Shown: in pieces, positions 20,326 to 33,000 of the stretch
Numbering within the stretch: position 1 is the stretch's first letter
Layout: the number at the start of each line of letters is the position of its first letter
Origin: Diplonema japonicum
Lineage: Eukaryota > Protista > Euglenozoa: Diplonemea
Direction of reading: 5' to 3'
DNA: 64,000 nt
Assembly (NCBI GenBank): GCA_964019335.1
Contig: OZ025683.1
Location: 1-64,000, forward strand
Made by a program: the position numbers and the translations under genes
The notes under the pieces: generated by a model
Told to the model about the DNA's origin: nothing
Seen by the model: the letters and a program-made list of their open reading frames with translations, nothing else
Database searches by the model: none

Positions 20326-21374
20326 CTGAACCAGTAGATGTGCGACATAGATGCAGTGGTCCTCCAAGGGGGAAGGTCCATCTCACGAGTGTCGAAAACT
20401 TTCTTCAGAGCATCCGCAAGTGCAGACACACGTCTTGTCAAGGAGGCGAATGTGCCTATGAACACATCCTCCAGATCTTCTATCATCAGGTCGTACTCAC
20501 GAGTGGAGCGCAGCAGCCGCCACCTATGCGTGTGTGCGGGTTGCGTTTCCCCCCTCTCCCCCTTTTTTTCTTCTTCTTACCCCTCCCCCGTTTTGTCAGA
20601 AATCTTAGGAAAGAAGAACGGTTAATTCCCATTAACAAAAAGGACAGAGTCGGAGGTACTTAAAAAAATATAAAAAAAATGAATGAGAAGAAAGAGGGGG
20701 AAAAAAAGAAGGGAAACAAAAAAAAAGCAAAAAAAAAAACAAAAAAAAGACCACACCCATCGCCCTCTCTCTGAGCACACCCGCACCAAGATGGAACAAT
20801 GATATTTGGAAAACCCCTCACACCATAGTTCCTATCAAAGGCATGGATGGCACTCAAAGAAAGGGCCTTTTTTTTTTAAAGTGCGACTTTTTTTTGTTTT
20901 TGTTTTTGTTTTTGTTTCCTTCTCTTTTTAACCCCTCTTTTTGTCCCAGCCACCCTCTCTTTTCCTTTCCCTCCCTCTCTGTCTTGTTTCAGATTTAGCA
21001 TGGTCAGTTCTTTGTCATCATTGTAGATAAGCCCCCTCCCCTCCCCCATGTCTTTCCATTGCATACCGATCTTTGAAGAACAGGTCCACCACCAAGCAGG
21101 ACGGGGATATCGTGCTTGTTGAATACTTCGATTCTATAGCTGGCTTGTCGCTCCCTGCGAGTGGTGTTGCGACCATGAAGGGCGGGCCGTCTGTCGTCCA
21201 GCTCTTGTTGTTCGCTGCCGGCTTATGCACCGACACCGTGTGGCTGTTGTGGCACTCGCAGTTCGCAAACTCCACCAACCCTTTGCACACACCCTCCAGC
21301 GTGAGCCCTAGCCCCTGCAGCCGACTCGTCTCCTTTGACAGCTCCCGCAAGATTGCCTGCTCGGTTGCTCGCAT
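20326..21374 (-). CDS. DUF506 (PDDEXK_6)-like protein, spliced; 3' exon(s) unresolved
   Basis: Intron 20524-21066 yields VVDLFFKDRWRLLRSTREYDLMIEDLEDVFIG...MDLPPWRT...YW, matching the DUF506 pattern as I recall it. Confidence 0.75.
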
Positions 21375-21479
21375 TTTTTTTTTTGTTTCCTCTCCTTTTT
21401 CCTCCCCCTCCCCTCACCCCCCTCTGAGTTTGCATTATTTTGAGTGGAAGAAACGAAAAAAAAAGGGGGGGTGGGTAAT

Positions 21480-21932
21480 CTAGCTTTCCATCACATAAGA
21501 GTGAAAAGCACGGCTAGGGACTACGTTGTGCAGCCCTACGTAGTGCGCTCTGAAGTCACCAGTCCAGCACACCTCTGTCTTGATGTCGTGGTACTCGTGG
21601 TTTCCAAGAACAGTGTCGTCTATGCGGCTAGTGGCCAGGCCTCGTTGTCTCTCTATTTTGCACCAGTGGCTGCTTCCTTGGTGTTCCTTGTCGGCGGTGT
21701 CACACTCGTCTTCCTTTGCTTTCAGCTTTGCCACAAATTCATCTTTTCCACACCATGGTTCCCCCTTCACAGGTTCCCGTCCGTTACCCCAGTATCCCTC
21801 GCACCCATTCGTGTTCCCCTCCCAGAAAACTGGCCTCACACACCCTTCGTTTTGTTTTGTTTCCCTCATGAGCGTCGTGTAGTAGAATCCTGCCAAACAG
21901 GCTAGTAAAGCACATGTCTTTTTGACATCCAT
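21480..21932 (-). CDS. Small signal-anchored Cys-containing hypothetical protein
   Basis: Coding-like composition between homopolymer spacers; hydrophobic N-terminus. Confidence 0.6.
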   Translation of the reverse strand: MDVKKTCALLACLAGFYYTTLMRETKQNEGCVRPVFWEGNTNGCEGYWGNGREPVKGEPWCGKDEFVAKLKAKEDECDTADKEHQGSSHWCKIERQRGLATSRIDDTVLGNHEYHDIKTEVCWTGDFRAHYVGLHNVVPSRAFHSYVMES

Positions 21933-22237
21933 TTTTTTTTTGTAACCTCTTTCGCCTTGCTTTTTTTGGTACATTTTCTTTTTTTTTTTGCGGTAAGAGG
22001 AATAAAAAAAATATGTAAAAAGAAAATGAGATAAGGAGAGAAATAAAAGTGTGGGGGGGAAGGAATACTTGTGGCATATTAAAGACGTGTTTTGTGAGAT
22101 AAAGAAGGGGGTGTTTTTTTTGTCCCCCTCTTTTTTTTTTTTTTCTTTCCTTTCCGGATAGATTTCCTTTTTTGGCAGTCCTTTATCCTCGCCGGGATTT
22201 GAGGCACGGGCAAGAAAACAAGGGAGAAAGGAATCAG

Positions 22238-22281
<44 letters not shown>

Positions 22282-22758
22282 AAGAGGAGAGAAAAAAAAA
22301 AGAAGAACGACCGCTTTTTCTTTTTTTTTCTTTTAGATTTTCAGTTTTTTTTTTCTTTTTATATTTTTTCGTTGGTAAGACTGAGCCTTGAACTAAAAGT
22401 ATAATAAACAACATTGACCATTCCCCGTGAGGGCAAGATAGAGGAACACGGTCAACAGGCAAGGCATATAGGCTAGGCGCTTTTTTTTTTTTTTTTTTTT
22501 TTTTATTTAAAGAAGAGGAGAACGATATGTAACAGGAACAGGAAGTGAGACCTCCGTGATAAGCTCCATGACAGTAAAAAGGATTTTATTTTCCCCATTT
22601 TCTTCTTTTTCTCGCCTTCAAAAGAAAGGGAGGCGAGAAGAAGAAGAAAAAAGTGTGTTTTTTGCCACCATAACCAAACTGTTTTCCATTCATCAAAAAA
22701 AAATCGAAGGGGACTGCTTCTCAAGCAGATACCGTGTGTTGTTGACTGGGATAACTCT

Positions 22759-25458
22759 TTACGATTCACCCCCTGTGTGGGGTGTGTAGCTCACCACATA
22801 CAAGGGCAGCAGCTGGTGGGGGTGGAACACCACATACTCATTGTACTTAACACCGTGTCCTTGCTTGAGATGCTCGCCAAGACCCTGGACATAGTAAGAA
22901 TCGTGGCCCTTAACCTTGTCCCACTTTGCGTCGACCCAGTCCAAGTGGGGTGTGGGGTCTGTGCAGGCGGTATTGCAACGGAGTGCATTGCTGTCAAGCA
23001 AATTGCCAGATATGACATATGGGTTGCCTAGGTTGGCCCTGTAGCGTATGAGGTATGCCGTATTGCTCCTTGCTGCCTTCACTGTCCAGTCGGACAAGTA
23101 GATGCCCATTCCGTAGAGGTGGCAGTTGTCTTGGTGCTCGTGCTTCTCGACGCAGTACTCGCAGTGCTTGTTGCACAGCGAGGGTGCCCCTGCCAGATGC
23201 CCCGACACAGGACAGCTCTTCGCTGCGATGTAGTCAGCAGGGCACCTCAACCCGTTCAGGAGCACGTCGTGCAGCTCCTCCGCACTCACACCATACCAGA
23301 GCTCCTTCTCCACGATCTTCGTGTGCTTCGCTTCCAAAAACGACCTTCGCATGTCGTACGCTGCTTCCAAGTTCTTGTTCACCACACGCGACATGCTAGT
23401 GTTGTACCCCACCCTCTCCTGCTCCACTTCGTACGACAGTTCCGAGAACTTCGCCTCGTCGCGTCCAATGTCCTCAAAGGTGTACCCTTCCTCGAAGGGG
23501 GTGTATGTGCTGCGGATTTCGTGTTTGAAAGAACACTCATTGGCCCAGTGGTAGTGTCCCTTCAGGTTCTCGCCCCTGCAGTACTTCCCTGGCCCCATGA
23601 CACGCGGGCAGGGCTTCAATGTGGCCCACGGGTTGCTCGGCTGTGCATCGTCCACTGAGATGCGGTATTTCCCGCGGTACAGTCTGCAGTTCAGCGCTGC
23701 GAACTGGAACTTGTTGATGTGCCGTTTCAGCTGCACGTAGGCTCCCAGCCGTGAGCCGTTTCTCTCGGGGAGGACTTCTTTTATTTTGAATGGCTTGAGG
23801 AAAGGCTTCAGATCCTTTTTGACTGCGACGGGGTCACAGTGCACATCGGGGTCCATCCAACCGACGAAGAGGTACTTTGTCATTTCCGCTTGCATGGCTC
23901 CGTTGACCCGCCCCAGGCAGGGCACCATGCCCCCTCGCTGCTGCTTCCCTAGTTTCTTAAGTGTTTGTGTAAGTGTTGCCTCTGCGTCGTCTTTTGGCGT
24001 CTCTTCTAATGTTTCTTGAAGCTCTTCGACAGCTTCGGGCGAAGAGCGCTGCCACAGCCTGCCAGTCTGAAGAGCGTCCGTGTTGTTCAGCTTCACAAGG
24101 TACTGCGGCAGTGCCTGCAGGCTTCCCTGCGACTGGCAGATGACATAGTAACCAGGCGCTTTGGCGTAGATGTTGTCAACGTTATTTTTCCCCAGCACCA
24201 GGTTGCACATGAACACATACCCTGTGCCCCTCCCGTAGTTGATGGCCACCCACGGGTCGCGCGCAAAGTACTCGCCCTTTCCATATGCCTGCCCGTTCCT
24301 CCTCGAGGGGTCAAAACCGCGCTGCGCGATGTGGATGATGTTCTGCGGGCTCGTCCCGTGGAAGCCTTGTATCATGTCTGGCGTCTTCTCGTACTGCAGT
24401 GTGAAGTTGTCGACAGTGAGCCTGTGCCTTGCCTCTAGGAACGGGTTCCGTATCTCCCATGCCTGCATCACCTCCGCAGTGCAACCGGTTTCTTTGACCT
24501 GCTCCCCCAACATGATCAATTTTGTCTTGTTCACCTCGACGAAGGGGTTCTCGGGCGGGTCGGGCAGCGAGACGTGCTCGCCCTTGTCACAGTCAGCGTC
24601 GCTACAGCAGCCGACTGTGTGCATCATACAGGTGCGTGTCTTTGTAGCAGTTGTTGCAACAGGCATAGGAGGGGGCTTGATTGTTGGTTTGGTGGGGATT
24701 TTGACTGGCGTCACGCTGCAAGCATACAGCCTGTCCTTGCCTATCAGGATGGAGAATGAAACACGCATGCCCACATGAAGCGAACGTTTTTTTAAGTTGT
24801 CTCTGGTGCAGGTGACTCGACCAGTGTAGACCATGATCGTCTTAGAGCCCCAAACTCCAGACTGGATGAACACAGGTGAGTCAGGGATTAGGTACCCCAC
24901 TTGTTTCGTGTCGTTCCAGTCATCAACGACGCCAGTTACCCAGTGGTGCGAGTTCACCTCCACTGTCACTGTAAAACTCTCGTTGCTGGTGTGCTCCCTT
25001 GCGATGCGTTCAAACAGTGAGCTCGTAGGAGCTACGTTGCTGGAGTTGACCTGCACGACCTTCATGCCGGGCACGATGCCTGCTACGGAGGCTGGCGAGC
25101 CGTCTTGCACGTCGGTCACGAAGTGGTGGCAGTCCGCCGAGAAGCCGGCACTGTCGACGCTGCGTGTCTTGACGTCTAGCTTGATCCGGAACACCTGCAG
25201 CCAGTTGGGCTTTTTGGTAACAGCAGAGAAGGGCGGCAGCAAGGACGATGGGCGCACGTTGGGAGGGATCCCGTAGTACTGCTCCCAGCACTTGGCGCAG
25301 TACCCCACAGCTTCTGTACTGCTGCGCTTGAAAAGCTTGTCAAGGCCAAAGTCTCTCCGACAGGCTCCGCACTGTTGGATAGTTTTTTTACGGACTTTCA
25401 CCTCATGAGAAGCAACGCTCTCCTGCGCCTCCAGCGGCATCTTCCTTTTGCGTATCAT
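22759..25458 (-). CDS. Multidomain PARP-family protein: Zn finger, PDZ, cold-shock/OB, CCCH, PARP, RRM-like, CCCH, second PARP-like domain
   Basis: FHGT..GFD..YGKGEYFA; second domain WYG..YGMGIYLSD..HDS..YNEYVVFHPHQLLPLYVV; GSPASVAGIVPGMKVVQVN (PDZ). Confidence 0.85.
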   Translation of the reverse strand: MIRKRKMPLEAQESVASHEVKVRKKTIQQCGACRRDFGLDKLFKRSSTEAVGYCAKCWEQYYGIPPNVRPSSLLPPFSAVTKKPNWLQVFRIKLDVKTRSVDSAGFSADCHHFVTDVQDGSPASVAGIVPGMKVVQVNSSNVAPTSSLFERIAREHTSNESFTVTVEVNSHHWVTGVVDDWNDTKQVGYLIPDSPVFIQSGVWGSKTIMVYTGRVTCTRDNLKKRSLHVGMRVSFSILIGKDRLYACSVTPVKIPTKPTIKPPPMPVATTATKTRTCMMHTVGCCSDADCDKGEHVSLPDPPENPFVEVNKTKLIMLGEQVKETGCTAEVMQAWEIRNPFLEARHRLTVDNFTLQYEKTPDMIQGFHGTSPQNIIHIAQRGFDPSRRNGQAYGKGEYFARDPWVAINYGRGTGYVFMCNLVLGKNNVDNIYAKAPGYYVICQSQGSLQALPQYLVKLNNTDALQTGRLWQRSSPEAVEELQETLEETPKDDAEATLTQTLKKLGKQQRGGMVPCLGRVNGAMQAEMTKYLFVGWMDPDVHCDPVAVKKDLKPFLKPFKIKEVLPERNGSRLGAYVQLKRHINKFQFAALNCRLYRGKYRISVDDAQPSNPWATLKPCPRVMGPGKYCRGENLKGHYHWANECSFKHEIRSTYTPFEEGYTFEDIGRDEAKFSELSYEVEQERVGYNTSMSRVVNKNLEAAYDMRRSFLEAKHTKIVEKELWYGVSAEELHDVLLNGLRCPADYIAAKSCPVSGHLAGAPSLCNKHCEYCVEKHEHQDNCHLYGMGIYLSDWTVKAARSNTAYLIRYRANLGNPYVISGNLLDSNALRCNTACTDPTPHLDWVDAKWDKVKGHDSYYVQGLGEHLKQGHGVKYNEYVVFHPHQLLPLYVVSYTPHTGGES

Positions 25459-26486
25459 GGTAACCTGAATATGGTAAATGAAGCAGAGCAGGGCTACCTG
25501 AGGTATAAGGGAAAAGGGACTTTGCACGGAAGGAAAGAGTCGAGAGTGTGTGCTCCGAGCAGCCACTTTCCTGCTGGAGCAAGGAACCAAGCCGGAGCCT
25601 GCATGTCGCCGGTCGACACCCGACCAGCACTGGCAGAACTACGGATAGATTTACATGCAGCTTTGAACTTTTTTTATTTTTTTTTTTAGTATCATTTTTC
25701 TGGCTTGTGGCTTGCCACGGAGAGAAATTCTCCTCATTTTTTTTTAAAAGCTATGGTACAATCCCTCCCCCCCTGTATCCCCTCATTTTTTTTTCTCTTC
25801 AATCCCACTTTTTTCTTCTTCCTTCCTTCTTTTGATTCCTTCTCTACCCCCATTTTCATTCCTTCTCAAAAAAAAAAAAATCTTTTTTTTTCCTTTCCCT
25901 TATTCATCTTTTTTTTTGTTCCCTATTTCTTTTCTTCTTCTCATCTTGATATTTACATTAAGGGAGTAAAGTAAAACGGGTGAGGAAAAAAGAAGAAGGG
26001 GGGGGGGGGGGGGGAGGATGATTAGCATGTGGTACCCACTTCTTTCTTTCTTTTTTTGTCATGACGGCAGCACTGCAGCGCGATACTGAGTGATACACAG
26101 AAGTGTCGCTTTTTTGGTCGCGGGTGAATAATGCTGTAGGTGCTGTGTCGAGGTGAAGCAGACACAAACACAAATTCTTGTAATTTGTCAACATCGGGGC
26201 TAAGGGCTGGCCCGAGAGCGAGGTACCGGAGGATGAAAGGGAGAGGTTGGGAATAAGTATCAAGGGAACTTTTTTTTTTTTTTTTTTGACCTCTCCCTTT
26301 TCTCCCAGTTATTTAATATGAACAGAAGTAAAAAAAAGAGAGAAAAAGAAATATGGAGTAAGGGAAAAGGGAGAAGAGAGGAGGGGGGAAAGAAAAACAA
26401 GGAAGATCCTTCACGTCTGTCCCGTTTTTTTTTTTTTTTTTTTTCCCGTTTTTGTTTCCTCTTCCCCCTCTTTCCGTTCAATCTGA

Positions 26487-28218
26487 CTACAAGTTTACAA
26501 AAAGGTCCTGGGACCCTTGATGATAGCAGGTATAATCTGTGGTTGTTGCGCCCTCCCCCTCTTCCCATACCGCAAAGGAGCACTGCAGGTTCTCATCAAT
26601 GTTCATGATGGCAGCGTCGTTGTCGAACTCGGCGCAGTAGTTAGGAGCCGAGAAGAGTGTCACAAGCTGCCTATCGGCAAAGAACTCGTAGCCCCGTTCC
26701 ATGACCTGTGTGTGTGGTACAAAGCAACAACTACAAGCACACCTGATGGGCCCTGATGATGAGGTCCATGTCCATTAGATTCAAAAATCGTGTGACCTCG
26801 TTCTGCCCGAACAGGTACGACACACCTCTGTCAGACTCAGTCCATCCCTGTGGTGCTGGTATCTTCGTGGAGCTGTTTCATACCTCGATGTCGAATTCGG
26901 GGTCTGCCCACAGCAGATCGCACAGGAGCCCCTGGTCGGGCACCTCCGTCGGTCTTGTGACGTCCCTGATGTGTCTCAGGTCGCTCAGATCCGGCGAGAT
27001 GCCCCCATGCATGCACAAGATCTTCTCGCCAATCGTTGCTGCTGCCGGCAGGCAGTTAAAGACGTCCGTGAACCCTTTCCACAGCTTCACGTTGTACCTC
27101 CTCTTGCAGTCGTCGTAGAAGCCATACATCCTGTTGATGGCGGCCGACTCGTGGTTCCCTCGCAGCAGGAAGAAGTTCTCCGGGTATTTGATCTTATAAC
27201 AGAACAACAAGCAGATGACTTCCATCGAGTGCTTCCCCCTGTCCACGTAGTCCCCTAGGAACAGATAATTCGCCTCGGGTGGGAAGCCGCCCCTGTCGAA
27301 CAGCCTCAGCAGGTCGTAGTACTGCCCGTGGATGTCGCCCGCCACCTTGATCGGGCCGTCCAACTCCAGCAATGTGGGCTGTGACATCAAAATCTCACGG
27401 GTCCGTGCTTGCACGTGCCTGATCTCATCTTCCTTGAGGAGGACGAGAACTTGCTTGCCTTGTTTGTTTGCACGTACAGCGAGGAGTTTTTGGATGATGA
27501 CATCTGTTTTGTCTAAGGGGGGGACTTCGGAGTTTGTTGTTCGTCGGCCTGTGGCGGCTGGTGACTTGCTATTCCTTCTTTGGCTGTGGGACGCCGTGGC
27601 GGCTTGTTGGGGGTGGCCGCGCTGTCGCTGACCAGAGTTCGGCCGGCCTGGCGCTGTTTTTGGAGAAGGGTTACGGGGAGGTGTCGGATCGTGAGTGGGG
27701 GGTGAGGTGGGCACGCCTGTCGGGTGGCTCGGAGTTGCGTTACCAGTCGACGCTTGCGCCTGCGGTGGTGCTGATGCTGTTGTTGTTGTTGTTGTTGTTG
27801 TAGTAGTTGCAGGGGAAGTGGCAGCAGGCTTCGGTGCGGGGGACGGTGTTGTGTTGTTGGCGGTCTGGGTAGGGGCTTGAGCTGGTGCAGGTGCAGGTGC
27901 AGGTGGGGTTTTTTCTGGTGTCTGTGCTTGTGCCTGCGCTGGGGGCGGCGTAGCCTGTCCAGTAGGTGTCTTTGTGGTAGGTTTTGCTGGATCTTGTGCG
28001 GGTGCTTGTCCTGTAGCCTTTGCAGGTGGTGTAGCAGTAGTGCCTTGTGCAGGAACTTTCGGTGGAGTAGGTGTTGCCTTCTGTGCGGGAGGGGCGTTCA
28101 CGTTGTCGCTAGCACCTGCCTTCGAAGGTGTAGCCTTGTTGGGTGTTTCAGTTAGCGGAGTGCCGCTGGTAACTTTTTCCGGTAACGCACTGATTGGTGG
28201 CCCCGATATCTCGGCCAT
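26487..28218 (-). CDS. PP1: Ser/Thr protein phosphatase PP1 catalytic subunit with ~230-aa Pro/Ala/Thr-rich N-terminal extension
   Basis: GDIHG, GDYVDRG, LRGNHE, RAHQ and SAPNYC; introns 26848-26883 and 26706-26742; exact 3' end uncertain. Confidence 0.92.
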
Positions 28219-28562
28219 ATAAGTGACTCACAGGGAGGATGCTTAGAGATTCAGTAAGTATTTTTCTCCTGCTCCTCAGATTTTCATTTTTTTTTTTAAC
28301 TCGGTCCTTCCTGCTTATGACATAAAAAAACTTTCCTCATCTCGTTCGGACACAGCATCTACTAGACATCGGAAGGCCCACCATGGCATGGCACCGTACA
28401 CACAACGTTCTCAAACAACCAAACATACGAAAAAAAGTTGTAGAGCAAATGCAAAGTGCAAATAAATAAAAAATAAAATAAAAAAAGATAGAGGCTTGTG
28501 AAGTTAAACAGAGCTGACAAGCCTGAACGTTCGTAAAAAAAAAGTGGGAAATAAATGAATAG

Positions 28563-29567
28563 CTACTCGGAATAAGGTGTCATGTCCATACCGAGGTGCT
28601 CGTACCTCATGCGGGCCGCCTCCACCATCTTAGGCGTCCAGTACCGGTGCCCAGGGGGCGGGAAGCCCAGCACACTGCGCTGTGCCAAGCTGCTGGTGGC
28701 CACCATCTTCTCTACGAGTTGGTCTGACATGTACATCTGGCGTGCAGTGCCTGAGTTCCATTGATTCACCCACGGACAGTCAGGCTGTTTGAACACCAGA
28801 TTCTGCACGATCCTTTCCTTTCCTGCAAGCATGGGTGTCCCCCTGTGCCAGATGTCATGTCTATAGAAGAGGACTGTGCCCTCCTTGAAATCCACGTATT
28901 TTTCTTGTTTGTAAAGCTCTTTTCTGAAATTGGCTTTGTCGGGGAAGTCTTCCGCTAGCATTGTCTCGACAGCTGCCTTGTCATTCTTCCACGGGACGGG
29001 GCCGTAGCCTGGCATGTTGGCATATGGCCATTCGTAATTTGGGTCTTCAGGTCCCATGCGTGGTAAGACAGCAGTGCGCCCGCCCGTCTCAGAAGCATTG
29101 CTGTAGTAGATTATGATTGCAACAGTCTCAGGGGCACCCCACTCAGGGGGGTGTACCAATGTGTGGTTTGGGAAGTCCATGTGAATGCGCTGGTCGGAGT
29201 GGTCGTAGTCGCTGCCTGTCGTGCCTGATCGCTTCACCCACACATCTGACTGCGACAACACGACGTCCCTGCCTAGCAACTGCTGCACGGCTGCGATGAC
29301 TGTTTCGTTGATTGTCATTTCGTTCAGCTCTTTGTACGTCGTGGGGAACTCCAGCCGCCCCCCGCTGCCGAAGGTGGCTTCCATGCTTTTGTCACCCACA
29401 GCCTCTCTTGTCCTCTCAGCCACCGCTGCTACAGCCGCTTCATCTAAGAGACCGTCCACTAGACAGTAGCCCTCCTCCTTCCACTGCGCTACTTGGGCAG
29501 GTGTTAGGGTTGGCGTATCCAGCTTTTCTGGCACTACGTACCTGCTTCGGTCATCTGTGTTGGACAT
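28563..29567 (-). CDS. Phytanoyl-CoA dioxygenase-like 2OG-Fe(II) oxygenase
   Basis: QWKEEGY, HMD, GTVLFY..DIWHRG..R. Confidence 0.82.
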   Translation of the reverse strand: MSNTDDRSRYVVPEKLDTPTLTPAQVAQWKEEGYCLVDGLLDEAAVAAVAERTREAVGDKSMEATFGSGGRLEFPTTYKELNEMTINETVIAAVQQLLGRDVVLSQSDVWVKRSGTTGSDYDHSDQRIHMDFPNHTLVHPPEWGAPETVAIIIYYSNASETGGRTAVLPRMGPEDPNYEWPYANMPGYGPVPWKNDKAAVETMLAEDFPDKANFRKELYKQEKYVDFKEGTVLFYRHDIWHRGTPMLAGKERIVQNLVFKQPDCPWVNQWNSGTARQMYMSDQLVEKMVATSSLAQRSVLGFPPPGHRYWTPKMVEAARMRYEHLGMDMTPYSE

Positions 29568-30007
29568 GACCTGTAGTGCTTTAAGAGGCACAGCGCATGC
29601 ATGGAATATGAATACTGTGTAACTGGAATTGACTTATTTTTTTTTCTTCTTGGGCACCGGACCATGCTGCTGCGGCGGCGCTTTTATACCCCACAAATGT
29701 GGGAAGTACCCCCCGCTGCCATCTTTGTGCTCCCACTCGCTTCCATAGCCCCTCTCTTTGCACGTTTGCTGTGCTGTGCAAGTATCATATTGTACCGACC
29801 GTCCACACCAGGCATCAACAGGCCCGGCACCATAGGCTTGGCAGCACTGCCCACCCGACCCTACAGAAGCACCTGAAACGATACAGCTGTTGGTGTGCCC
29901 AGAGTAACCTGCGCCCATTCCTGGAGGCGTAATAAGTGTGCGCATGCAGAACAAGGTAAACTAATAATGATACGAATAACATGCACTCGCGGGGCAGACT
30001 CATTGAT

Positions 30008-33000
30008 CTACTTCAATAAATTGGTTGAAAGAAAGATACGTTTCAATACTGTCGGAAGATCGTTGGAGTTGTAACACACGTGGCCGTGGCCCGCGGGGAG
30101 GGTGCGTTTGATGTCCTCTGCTTCCTGGCCCAGTGAGGCGATGAAGATACCGTAGACATTGACGCGCGGGTCTGAGCGCATGATTTTCGCGATGGTATGC
30201 GGCGAGATGCCGTATCTACGGAGATTGGCGTCAGAGATGACAAACACGAAGTGCTGATCGCCTTCCTTCTCGACAGCCTTTTTGATGGCCACCTGCATCG
30301 ACTCAAGCGTGTTGTCACCCGACCAGCAATACTGCGTGTGCGCCACCATCTTTAGCACCACTTCTAGCCTCTCTTTCTTGTTCTGAGGTGCCTTGTTGAA
30401 CTCCACAAGCGGGATGTCAGGACTGTCGCCACTGTGCCCGATGATGCTGTACTCGATCTTGTCCTCGACTCCTTTGAAAGCCTCCGTCACCATGATGGCA
30501 GTCTCCACGATACGATCCAGCCTGTGATCCATCCCGTTGAACCTGAACATCGAAGCACTGCAATCCATGCAAAACACAATCCTCTTCTTCTTACCAGTCA
30601 AGAGTGAGGGCTGGTCCTTGCTCTCACCTCTCTTTTTGAAAACCCCTTTCTCACCTGTCATCCCCTCCACCAGTTTGCCCTCGTCCCATACACCGTCTGT
30701 CTGGTTCTTCAGCCACACCCTCTCCCCTTCTGTGGACCTCAGCCCTTTGAGCATCGTCTGCAGCATGGCTACCTCACGCCTCACAGCGTCGTGTGCCTTG
30801 TTGTACATCGACGACTCTTGCTCGCTCATCTGGATCTCATTCAGCCTCTTTTTCAGTGCTTCCTTGCCCATTTGCCGGGCCTGATCTTTAAGGTGTTGTG
30901 GCACAGCTGCCTTTGCTTCGTCAGACACCTGATGCACAGGGTGCCCCGCATCTATCCTGTATGGTCCTACTTTGCCTCCCAGCCCTGCTGTGTCGGTGCC
31001 GCCGGTGCCTCCTGCCCAAGTGTTCCCTCCTACGTGCGGTGTGTTATCGGGGTCCTCTTTGCCGTGCTTCAGTTCGCTAGGCTTGATGTCAGAGTTGGAG
31101 TACTTGAAATCCATGTCTTCACTTTCGCCCTCACCCTTTCCTCCGCTTGTGCCCCCTACGATAGATGCCCACCTGCTCCACTCTCCATGCAGCCGCTGAC
31201 TGTTCGTGTCGAAGATGCTCAGTTGCCTGTTCGACGGCGTTGTCACCACAGCACAGCCGTTGGACATGAGCGCGAGGGCGGGCACAGCATCGTGCGGTGG
31301 CACAGTGTTCTTGTTCATGATGTCCTTGATGGCGAGAGACTTGAAAGTCGCCTCGGTAGTGTCCACAAGCAGCAGCTTGTGGTCGTCGGAGCGTCTTGCT
31401 AGGATTTTGTTCCTCACCGCAGTGTGGTGTGACGAAGGGAGCAGCTTCAAATCAATACCATCAGGCACGCGCCTCCCAGTGACGTTGTTGTTTGTGACGT
31501 CACCTGCAATGAAGGCCGTGCTCGTGGGGGTAAAGGTACCTGGGTACACCGCTCGGGGGGGGATGATAGAGTCCCAGTCACTGCCTTTTACAGAACTGTT
31601 GACCGTCCACACTTTCGATTCCTCGATGTTAGCCAGGAAGATGCCTGTTTTGGTCAAAATGAATATTTCAGACTTGGATACAGTCCGCACGTCAAGGATG
31701 TCGCCGATGGCAGTGCCGTCGAACATGACTTCCGCCCACTTTCTACTCGGCGCATGGTACACGTTTAACTCCTTTGTACCCCACAGCACGACAAGTCCGA
31801 ACTCAGTGCTGGTTGTGTCCAAGTTTACAGCAGCTTCTGCGGACTTGAACGGTTGCCAGCTTGTCTGTTCCACCTGCTTGAGCAGCGGCACTGCGAAGTT
31901 GTACCCTATTCTTTTGTCAGGGTCTACGATGAGCAGCGAAGGTGCCTTGGGAGAGAACAGCGCCACTTCATTCCCAACGGCGTGAATGGAGCAGCCTGCC
32001 ACACCCCCGTTGTTCTTAGCGAACGTGGCGAGTTCCAAGATTTTGCAGCTGCCGTGGTCCAAGGAACAGGGCCTTGAAAAGACAGGGGCGTAAAGGTTTT
32101 TGCCCTTCCAACTAACGATCACTGGCACCGTGTCCTGGATATCCACCAGTGCATGAAGCGACCCGTTGAGGGTTGTCGCCACCCCCTTCACAGGCCCAGG
32201 TGCGGTGATTGTGTAGAGCCTCTCATCGAACACACCATCCTCCCTTCCCTCTAGGATCGTGGCATCAGTGCTGGGGCTGTGAGCCCACTCCCACATTTTT
32301 GGCTTCAGTTGCAAAGGTCTTACAAACACCTGCTCATCTGTTTCTTCCATCTCAAGTTTGGCGATGAGCTCAGGAGCAGGCAAGTGGATAACCTTCGCCA
32401 AACTGTTCCTTTGTATCGATTGAGTCTTGCCGTTGAGAGGGATCCCGTGTGCTTCGAACGTGCTGTGCACCAGCTCCTTCGTCTCCGGTTCGAAAGAGTC
32501 AAAGTCGAACACATTGCGAAGGGAGCGCACGAGCCCATCATCGGGGTACTTTTGCAGGTGTTTAACAACAGCAACCAACTCCCTGAGCGAATACGGGTAC
32601 GCTAGGAGACCATCGCTTACCAGCTTGTCGAGGTCACCGAACGCATCGATCATGGAGTTCAGGGCAAAGGTGGGGACATTCGGACCGTACTGCTGCAGGA
32701 CCTCCATCTTGGACTGCCTGTTCGGGTTATCGATCAAGTGGCATCTGAAGAGGTCACCGCACGATGCGAAGAAATCATTCCCCAGGAAGGGGAACCCGGG
32801 AACATTGGCAAGGGCAATGAGGCGGAAGTTGGGGTGGATGGGTACGGCACCGTCTGCTTCGCTCCACCCGTACTCCGAAGTACTCGCCACGATCCTCCTC
32901 CCGTCAGAGAGGAGCAGTTCCTTGTCCTCGATAAGACCCTTTAGGATGCCCACAACCTCAAGGGGTGCTTTGTCAATTTCATCCACCACAAGGACATGAC

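Noticed and set aside
16980-26480. Many F/K-rich short ORFs in the spacers
   Set aside because: Translations of poly-T/poly-A intergenic tracts.
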